A DNA stretch of 64,000 bases from the human T2T-CHM13v2.0 reference genome, Homo sapiens. Positions 54,183-64,000 of the stretch are shown here, in pieces. Location: NCBI RefSeq assembly GCF_009914755.1, contig NC_060938.1, one strand, 5' to 3'. The notes below the pieces were generated by a model. It worked only from the letters and a program-made list of their open reading frames with translations. It did no database searches and was not told the DNA's origin. How positions within the stretch are numbered: position 1 is the stretch's first letter; each line of letters begins with the position of its first letter. The position numbers were made by a program, and so were the translations under genes.

Positions 54183-57100
54183 TCATAAGTAAAAATACTC
54201 CTCCAAATAGTTATCAGTTTCGTGATATCAAACTAGGAGGTGTGTTTGCTGCAAGTCCTTATTGCAGGGATAGGATAACTAATAGAGGGACTAAAATCCA
54301 AAGCAGGGAGGGAAGAACTGTTAAAACTCCATACAGCTCAGCAATCAGTAGCAGACAGACCCAAGATCTGCTATCAGAAGCATCAGGGGCACTGGAACAT
54401 CATTTCCCAATAACAAGGTCTGAGGCAGATGTACACCCCACCCCAATAAGTATTTTACACAAGTTTTGGGAACACTTCTTGGTGAAAGACAAGTGTTTAA
54501 AGCAAAATCCAAAGAGTAAATATTTTAATTTTTTCTTCAAGAGTATTCTTATTTTCATATTATTTAAATAGTCACATTAACAAGGTACATTTCCACAAAA
54601 ATATTTGTACAGCATCAGTATTCTTATTCACATCCATAATTGCCATAATTAGGAAAAATTAGGAAACTTAGCAAAGACAGTCAATACACATGTTCTTTTA
54701 CTTGTGGTGAGATAAATTCAATGTCTAAAATAAGTCAGGATGGATCAACATAAAAGCTGAACTAGACACCCCTACCAAATTTCTCAATGAAAAAGCAAAT
54801 AGCCCTGGGTGACCAGCAAGTTATACAAACAATGCAAGACAAATCCAACTAGAAATCGGAAGCTGCCATTTCGTATACACAAAATACAAGTGAAACAGCG
54901 AAGTAAACATATTTTTAGAGGGAGGTGCTGCTACCCGGGACATTAGAGATATAACTGAGCCAGCTGAGATGACATTTACAATCTCTTGAAATGCAGCAGA
55001 TGGCACTCTGGTGCTTCCTATGAAGCAACATGCTTGAAATCAAGGGCCAACAATTGTTGTAGGAAAGCAAAATATACCTCTAACACCTACGTTTACCAAA
55101 AAAGCTGACATCTCAAACTCTGAGTTGTTGAGACTCAAATTTCTCATCCCCAAAGAAGCCTATTACGGTAGTGTGTTGGATGCTTTTTGTATCTCTGATA
55201 GGCAGGCACTATAATGGGGGGAAATACTTCTGAATAAAAACATTGGCTGACTTGCAACTGTGCATATAATGTCTATTCAAGGGGGCAGTGTGCCTAGCAT
55301 GATCCTGAAATGTTGAGATAAAAAGAAGTTGGCATTAAAGCACTATTTGTCTTATATGAAAAGAGTGACTCTATCTTCCAGTAAACAAGATTTCCTGCAA
55401 TGAAAAAGAAATTTTTCCTTCATTATCTATAAACTATACAAATAACCTTCCTTTTTAACCTAAGACTCAAACATTTATATTTGATTTTATTCTATTTGAT
55501 ACCAATTGGTATGTCCAGCTGACGCATTTGCAGATACAAAAGAATATTGCTTTGTGTTTGCACAGTCCCTTCCTTTCAAGGAACTTAAAGAACTTGATGG
55601 AGAAAAGAACTTGACGGACATTCTCTCTGAAGTCTTAAGGAGGTCAAAAGTAATGAAGGAAAACAGAAGGGGAGTGCTCGTTAGAGCCCACCATGCCCCA
55701 CAGTTCTGAGGATGCGGGTGCGAGGACTCTGAAGCAAAGCAAAGCAGAGGGATCTCTCAGACGCCAAGTCACACAGCTCTTTACACATCGAAAATCTGAG
55801 TTAATGTTAAGACAATGATTAGTCAATCCTGAAACCATTTAGTGCAATTGGGGATTCCTCATTTTAAGTCGCTGCTTTAGAATTCCGCTCCCCTGCTGTC
55901 TGCGTTCCGGTGGAAGCGGCATGCTGCCTTTGGACAAACAGCCTCTGCAGGGGCAGACACAGTTGTCTGGACTCTTTTGGAAATGAACAAAGACACTAAA
56001 CCTACAGAACATCGTTTTTAAAGGAGATAGTTAAAAAGTAATGCCCTAAAAGCCAGAAATATTTCAATCGGCTTGAAAAGTGACACACAACAGGAGCAGG
56101 AAACACCAGTTTTTAGTATTTTGCCATCTTAGGCACACTGCTACTTGGAAAGATTTTTTAAGTGAACTTTGCCTTATAAAAATATTGATAAATATATGTA
56201 CTTAAGCGAGAATCCAAATCGTACCCAAACTTCATGAAAGTGAAAGTCTATTGCTATGACATCTAGAAGAAACACTGAGTTATCTAAAAGGCATTGTTCA
56301 GTGGTGGGCAGAAAGGAAGAGAAAACGGGGGGTTCCGAGTTAGCTCCATTCAAGAGGAAGACACGGTTGTGGCCTCAGCTGCCTCTCTACTCGTCATGTA
56401 AGGGGGTCTTAACATGTCAGAACATTGTGGGGTCCTGCAACTTGCTGACAGATCTCGATGGAGCTGCTTATGGGACTCCATGGGGGGAACTGTAAGGACT
56501 CAACGTATCACTGGTGGACATGCGCGATCTACTCTAGTCAGAAGCATGACACCAAACCCAACCACCCAGGCACAGTGGCAGTTCAGAAAAGTATTGCTCT
56601 GAGAGATCTGAGATCTAAGGTGGCCCCTGGCTGCTCCGCGTGTGATGTCGCCAGAGAGGACTCTCACTGGACAAGGCCCAGTGGTCTGAGGCTCTGTACA
56701 AAGCATGACGCCACATGTGATCATTCTCACACGCACACACAGCCTAATCATCCAAAACCCCCCTTTGGGCTTTGTCGTAAAAAACCCTCCATTTACCAGG
56801 AGGGATGCTGAGGCTTACAGGGATCAGATGTCCTGGACAAGTCATCCGTTTGGTAAGCTGCAGATGTGGCAAACCACGGATTCTAGCCACGCTCTTTCTA
56901 CTGTGTCATCACAACACCAAAGTCTGAAAAGACACTTGTAAAAAAGAAAAAGCTTAAGGACATTTAATAATGTAGAAGTGTTCCGATATAGATAAACATC
57001 TTTCCAGAATCTCAGGTAAAGAACATCTTGGCTGAACTGACAACGAATCTTTTTGAGACACAACGTTTCTGTTCCCAAAATGATTACATCGACAACAGGT

Positions 57101-59005
57101 GCAGGAGGGTAGAACAAAGAAAGAACCGCGGAGATTACATTACAAAGATATATGTTTAAATGAGATTTGTAAACTTAATTTGTTTGCAACTCCGGGTGCA
57201 AAGAAGAGAATAATTATTTTTCTCTATACTGTAGTTAATTGAACTTAAGTACAACTGTGGAAAGTATATTTAAAAGTTAGACAGATTTTACAATTTTAAG
57301 TTTGATCAAGTGTTTTCCAGTTTGACTAATCATAACTGGGTTAACACACATAGCAAGTTTCCTTAAGGGCAAATGGAAAATGCTGGCATCTGAGCGGGGT
57401 GGTCAGAACGCACCCCACAGCCAGAGGCGCCTTCCCGGTAACACAGCACGCCTTCCTGTTAGTGTGTCGCCAGGACCAGGCTCTACCCGAATAAGAGATG
57501 GTCCCACGGTGCTTAAACAGGTGGTTACGCTGTTGTCTTTTTAAGTTTTTTGGCAGTAAAAAGGAAACTAAAATTAAAAGCTATATAACCCCATTTTTAT
57601 AAATTCTAAACATTTTGATTTTTGGTTTACATTGCTTTCCTGCTTAGAAAATTTAGAGAACGAAATTGATTTAACTACATTTTCCAAGCCCCAAATTGAA
57701 ATGCAGTTCTGAAATTGAAGTTCAATAATATTCCCCCAACTTTAGAAAACAGGAAGTCAGGTCATGCAACTTTCAACAGTGGATATATACAAAGTTCCAC
57801 CTTTTCTTTCTGCTGGATCAATCTAAAGTCAGGAATTGACAACAATTTCCCTCTTACTCCTAGGTAATGATTTACCTGATATTAACCAAAATCGATTTTG
57901 AGAAAGTGTTCCCAATTATCTTGCGGTAAATCACAGTACTGCATCTATGAATATGCTCTAAGAAAAGCAAAATATTCATGGAAGCATAAAACAATATCAC
58001 CTTTAAATAAAAATACTTTATTCATTCCTGATAGGTTATCAAAATGTACACTGTTAACCAAGTAAAAATGGTATGCTGAAATAGTTAACTAGGGCATATT
58101 TGAAGAATTTTGTTTACTTTTAAAAGAGGAAAAATCACTTCCAATCTTCCCTTCCACACATTCCTAACAAGCCTGCACTATACCTGCTTAAAACTGAAAA
58201 TATAAACAATTACATGGGCCCCACTTCATTACAGAATGCATTTTCCTGTACTCTTAAAGGAAGCTATTACATTGAAGTTACCTTCCTTTGCCAAAAACTT
58301 TCAGACAAGTTTACTGCTCTTTATATTTTGTGTAACTTTGTAAATTATACAAGAAATATAGCACACAACTTGAATTAATCTAAAAACACATACACATAAA
58401 CACAGGATAAAGTGCAACACAACAGAACATGTCTGCAACATTCACTTTCTCAAACCCCCACAGAAGGATTTTCGGAGTAAATGGAAATAATGTTGTTCTC
58501 AAGTGCATGAACACTAAATTCAACAGAATAGGTTATTTTTCCACACTGATATTTATATTGAAAATCCTATTTGCTTTGCTTCCCCTGTGGCTTCTGTCTC
58601 TCATTTTCAGTTAAAAGTTCCGAAGCTGTGATTCTTTTTAAACCTTAAGAAAATCCAACTCCACAGAGCTACACAAAGTGTTAGAAGGCAGCTTCCAATG
58701 ATCTCTCGTCGGTAACAAGGAGAATTACAGTCATCTTAACAAAAGTGAGCCTTCCACTAACTTGGCAGCAAATGCTTTAAGGACCTTTGACACCAGCCAC
58801 CAAACATTTCTATAGGCAAGTATCAACTATAAATGTCAGAAGTTTTTGGTTGCATGTTGTTTTGATGTTAAATTATTTAACTAAAAAATGCTTTTGTTCC
58901 TGAGATGAGCACAATAAAATTAAACGAGCTTCCTCTGAAGCTGCTGTCAGGACTCTGAGCTCCTGGTTCCACTCTCCTTATCTTCACACTGTCAGTTCCA
59001 AGCCA

Positions 59006-59236
59006 TCAGTCATCCCCGTGGCGCCATTTCTGTGACTCGTCTTGCCGGACATCTGGCCTAATTTGGTTTCTCATGCCACCCAGCACGTTTGACGTTGCTT
59101 CTGTGGCAACAATCAGAGGTTTCACCACTGCCGGAGGAATCTGGCGCAGAACCTCGCCCACGGCACCAGTCACCCCTCTGCTCTCGTGTTCTCGAGCCGC
59201 AGTTTCATAAATGGTCTGAGCCGTGTCTGTGATTCC
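59006..59236 (-). CDS. ATG2B: ATG2B last coding exon (GITDTAQTIY...ESQKWRHGDD*)
   Basis: Acceptor AG at 59238-59237; 76 codons plus TGA. Matches the ATG2B C-terminus. Missed by the ORF track. Confidence 0.96.
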   Translation of the reverse strand, partial: GITDTAQTIYETAAREHESRGVTGAVGEVLRQIPPAVVKPLIVATEATSNVLGGMRNQIRPDVRQDESQKWRHGDD

Positions 59237-60224
59237 CTGCGTAGAGGAGGGAGGTAGGAGAGAGGAGGGCAGTGAACAAACTCTGGTCGGAAAACTCTCT
59301 AAGCTATCCTGCAGTACACACTTTTAAAGCAGGTAACATTATGTTTGTAACCAGACAAAAAAAAATGCCATGCTTTTAGATAAACCAGGATTATTATTTT
59401 TAATGACAGAATTCTAACTATAAGGGAAAGAGGCAATTATGACTTAGTATTTTGTTGTGACACTAGTGTGTGGAAAATGTAGGTAAACTAAAATTTCGCA
59501 TTGGGAAGACAGAAATACGGGCTTTGCTGGTACTATTAATCACTCCAGTTAAATCAAACTTGGCAAACAAAGCTTCTTGAATATATTCACTAAAGAAATA
59601 TGGTGATAGTTCCCTTTGATTCAACCTAATTCTACTAAGCTCTGGGAAATTACTTAATTTGTTTTAAATTACTGGCTATGTATTAGGAAAAAAATGGAAA
59701 ATTCAATTAAGATAAAAAGCTCAATAGAACATTTTATTGGATTAGAGAATTCTGAGAACAAAAAGCAGGAACATGTTTAATAATTCTCAACAAAACTTTA
59801 GTAGCATTTTCCATCTTTCTCACAACATAATAAAATAATGATGATTGCTAAGCTTTCTTTTTCATTTATTCAGTCTCTATGCTAGTAATGACTTCTGAGC
59901 TTTGAAGCTGAATATACAAACATGTAGGTCAAGCCAATGTGGTAAAACTTCACATGACTTCTGAATCTTTACCATTTATCTAACTCAGAAATCCCTAGGG
60001 AACTCAAAGCAACATTCCATTATTATTATTATATTATTATATTATTGTGACAGCTTCAGTGATGGGGACAGCATAAAGGAACTTTGAGTTCTCCAGGGAA
60101 ATCAAGGACCTTGTCCTAACCCAGAATCTAGCCATCATTTTGGCAAGTTAACAAGAGCGTCCTATCTACCCAGTATATCTGGCAAAAACGTAATACCACA
60201 GAGCAATAAAAAAGATGTCCAGAA

Positions 60225-60527
60225 GTCCGGGCGCGGTGGCTCACACCTGTAATCTCAGCACTTTAGGAGGCCGAGGCAGGCGGATCACGAGGTCAGGAGA
60301 TCAAGACCATCCTGGCTAACACAGTGAAACCCCGTCTCTACTAAAAATACACAAAACTAGCCGGGCGTGGTGGCAGGCGCCTGTAGTCCCAGCTACTTGG
60401 GAGGCTGAGGCAGGAGAATGGCGTGAACCAGGAGGCAGAGCTTGCAGAGAGCCGAGATCATGCCACTGCACTCCAGCCTGGGCAACAGAGCGAGACTCCG
60501 TCTCAAAAAAAAAAAAAAAAAAAAAAA
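60225..60527 (+). mobile_element. AluY in the last ATG2B intron
   Basis: AGACCATCCTGGCTAAC and GAATGGCGTGAACC diagnostics; TGTCCAGAA flanks. Confidence 0.92.
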
Positions 60528-60972
60528 CGTGTCCAGAAAAACTCAAAGAAATAATAAGTACTACTTTAAAAACTATCTAGAGGATAACAGCCAATAAGAG
60601 AAACCATGAGCACAACAATGTTTACAACTTGTACATTTCCCTGCACCATCTCCCTCCCCTCTCCACCAGCTCTCCTCCCTATCCCACCTGCGATAAACAG
60701 GAGTAGATGAGTAGAGTACGAGGCCGACCACCACTACGTTTGCGGACAACAGAAGTAAATTCCAGTCTCAGCCCTATTATTTAGCTGTGTGACCTTAGAT
60801 AAGTCATTTAAAGAGGGAACTAAAATGCTGCCTTCCTCCTATGGTGATTGTTAGAATTAAATAATTCATCTCAAGAGCTTAACAGAGTTTGGAAGACAGT
60901 AAGTGTTCAATAAATAATTCCTACTACCACCCTCGTAAGTGCCTGACTACCACCAAATAGAACTATGTAAGT

Positions 60973-61163
60973 AGGGGTTGACATACTTTTTATGTAAGGG
61001 CCACACAGAAGGTATTTGTGGGCCATGGTCTCTGTTATTTATTTTTTGTTTTGTTTTGTTTTACAATCCTTTAAAATTGTAAATACCATTATTAATAGCT
61101 CAAAGGCCCATACAAAAGAGGCATGGCTAGTCTACCCTGCAGCCTAGTCTGCCAACTTCTGAT
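60973..61163. mobile_element. MER58-like hAT MITE
   Basis: AGGGGTTGACATACTTTTTATGTAAGGGCCA ... CCTAGTCTGCCAACTTCTG. Confidence 0.6.
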
Positions 61164-62910
61164 CTAAAAGATGAGCCTATCTATGACACACACAAGGCAT
61201 TTTCTCTTCATCTTTGACTTACTGACATCTAAAATGGAAAAGAAATACCAAGCACCACTTAGGAACTTTTTTTTTTTAACTTTAATAGAGAATCCAGAGC
61301 AAGTCCAAACAAGCACATCCTACCATCTCAATCCACACTTACTAATCTCACCCTCCCTTCCCTCATTCTTCCTAGTGACAGCTTAGAGAAAGAGAACTAA
61401 ACTTTAAACCCAAATACCCAGTTCCAATCCTGGCTCCACTCCCTTTTCTCTGTGGTACTTGGGGAAGGCCACTGTCTGGCAGAACCCGTTTCCTCATCTG
61501 TAAATTAGAAATATCGCCTATCTCTAATGGTGATTACCATATATTTGGCACAAAGTAAGCACACATTTATTTTAAAATTAATATAGATTAAATTAGGCAA
61601 CCACTTCACAAGTTGTTAAATCAAACTGCTATTACATCTTACTGCCCACTGCCCTTACTAACCCCAGTGTCTGTTTCACAGATCTAATTTTAGCCTATTG
61701 ATAGCTGGCTCAATCCTGACATCTGTAGGAGCAAATCTGACTGGTAATTATCTCTTTATTCTCCCCAGTAAATCTTTTTTTCAAAGCTGACCATTGGTCT
61801 TACCTTTATTTATCCACTAATACATTTCTTGGGGCCCTACCTTCGTGGACTTCCTGCCGTTTGGGACCACAGAGGCTACTTTTCTCAAGTAAAAGACCAT
61901 CCTAGGCACGTCTGACTGTTGTTAGAATATGACTGAGAAAAATATCTTTCATGAAATCCTAAAACACAAATCATAAGTCAAATGACCTCAAACTCCCTTA
62001 TGTCATATTAAAAAGAATGTCAAAAAGAGTATGCCAGGGAATGACGCTGACAACACCCAGAAAAAAAAAAAAAAAAACAGGGTTCACTGGCACAACCGTG
62101 TCAGAGAGCAATTCAGCAATGCTTAATACATGTCGAGATTCCAACGGTTACTCCCCAGTTGACCCTAAAGAATTTCTTGTACATATGAACAAAAAGAGAG
62201 TTAAATGAGCACTCCCCATAGTGGTGTTTCAGGGGAAAAATGGAAACTGAATGTCCACCAACAGGAAAATAAATAAATTATGATATATTCATACAGTGAA
62301 ATACCATAAAACTGTGGAAATTAGACCTACATGGATTAAGATTAACATGGATCTATCTTGAAATAAGTTGCAGAATGAGACACATAACACCATTTACGGA
62401 AACTTTTAAAACATTAACACTAGTATGTTTTGCTTATAAATACATACTAAATAAAAATACATACATAATAAAACTGTATAAAAACATGTACAAAAAAATA
62501 TGTTCCACGTTCAGCATAGTGAAGGCATGGGAATAGGATCAGGATGGGAGATTCATCTGAAAAGTTCTAGTTCTTAAGCAAATCTGAGGTAAGCAGGGCA
62601 GAGTATAAATGTGTTAAACCTAGACAGCGATCACACAGCATTTGTTTCTATCACTCCCTGAGTGCTTCTGCAGGTGAAGAGAGAGAATCCATCCACCCAC
62701 GCAATCACTAGTATTCCTGTCAGCCTATTGGTCCCAGACTGGCCCTTTTCCATCACCTCACACAGATATGGGCACATGTTATTAGTGGCAGTTGCCATTC
62801 TGCTCCCAGGGATTTCTACAGAATACATTTAAGCCATTAAATGCTCTTTAGGTGAAAGTTGGGAAAGCGCACAGAAGGGTTCTGATGTGTCCACCCAAGT
62901 ATTCAGTTAC

Positions 62911-63060
62911 CTCTTTCACAACACTGTAGGCCTTGGCCACACCTTCCCTCAGGTCTACTGGCTGGTGGGCTAACCGGTGATGAGGAAACCTTTTGGTCTT
63001 CTTGGGCTCGATAGAAAGGGTACCAGGAGACACCATATCATAAGCAGTCTCTGCAGCTGC
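62911..63060 (-). CDS. ATG2B: ATG2B penultimate coding exon (AAAETAYDMVSPG...AKAYSVVKE)
   Basis: 150 nt, phase 0/0, bounded by AG and GT; ATG2 C-terminal sequence. Confidence 0.96.
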
Positions 63061-63690
63061 CTGGATCATTTTGTCAAAAGGAAGAAATGAATTAGAAGAA
63101 AGTCTGAAGAGTTACGGACCAGCAGAGCACTTCCTACAGGGAGTGAGGAAGAGCAGAGGAACTCACAAACCCTAATGAAGACACTTCTGCGTATCTGAAT
63201 TCTTTACCACAAGAATTGATGACTTTTATAACGAGAACATAAAAGTATAAATTAATAACTAACACCTGGATTGAGCTAAATTTTTAGCCCCTCCTCTGTT
63301 CACTGAGAACACTCAACATTTCCACATCAGTCTATGGAGCTTAATACTTACTAGAATGATCTTTAATACTTCTGTTTAATCTACAACGCCTTCTTCAAAT
63401 TTAGCTACGATCCTTTCATACAAATATGGTGAAATCAATCCTCTGCTAACTTAATGTTTACAATTTACCTGAAATAGGCAAACAAATCTGACACTGTATT
63501 CCACTGCTTTATTCTAATTATTTAACACTAAACATTTAAGCAATAAAACAAGCATGACATTAAATCACTACGAATAAAGTATCTACTCACAACATTTTGT
63601 ATATCTTCACAGTATCGTTTTAAAAACAAAAGGACCCAACCATTTCACAATGGCTCTTTTTGGATAGACTAAGGCAGTCTAAAAAGATAC

Positions 63691-63845
63691 CTGTATGGTT
63701 TGAACCATTCTGTTTGTGAGTTCTAGAGCAGCCATCGCTGTCGAGGTACCAAAGGAAGCAGCGCCTCTCTGAAACCCTCTGACAATGCGGCCATCCTTCC
63801 GGTACTGCTCTATTGGGAGCCAGACCAAGTCCTTTAGGCCTTGTA
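63691..63845 (-). CDS. ATG2B: ATG2B antepenultimate coding exon ((V)QGLKDLVWLPIEQYRKDG...RMVQTIQ)
   Basis: 155 nt bounded by AG and GT; conserved ATG2/ATG_C motif. The gene continues beyond the window. Confidence 0.96.
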
Positions 63846-64000
63846 CTACAACAGTCAACACAAAATCAACATCAGTGCCACAGTTCAGACTTTTCTATCA
63901 TTCTAACCCTGGGGTTTTTAACTCCTAAAACTGGAGGCAAAGTTTTGTGTATATGAGTACATATGTGAGTTTTCTAGACTAATGGTCCTCACATAAGTTC

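Noticed and set aside
62848-63861. ORF-track starts and ends for the ATG2B pieces
   Set aside because: The ORFs run into introns; true boundaries were taken from the AG/GT sites instead.

Overview
Human genomic DNA from the kinin-receptor locus (chr14q32.2), identified from its protein sequences. The + strand carries BDKRB2 (end of intron 1, coding exon 2, and exon 3 with a long 3'UTR containing a 15-bp VNTR). It is followed by the complete paralogue BDKRB1 (TATA/NF-kB/CRE promoter, non-coding exon 1, an Alu-derived exon 2, single coding exon 3). The - strand carries the last three coding exons and the long 3'UTR of ATG2B, convergent with BDKRB1. The rest is typical primate repeat content: Alu, L1, L2, CR1/L3, MIR, MLT and ERV LTRs, hAT and Tigger relics. 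I see no evidence of an entirely new gene family. The best leads are: (1) BDKRB2 exon 2 is splice-phase compatible with BDKRB1 exon 3, giving a 381-aa chimeric receptor, and the Alu exon would act as a frame switch; (2) the overlapping AltB2R frame is interrupted by only one stop in 358 codons; (3) a cluster of local templated duplications, including a 203-bp, 95% identical inverted repeat with junction scars; (4) a canonical CTCF motif between BDKRB1 and ATG2B. Repeat subfamily names were assigned by eye and their boundaries are approximate.
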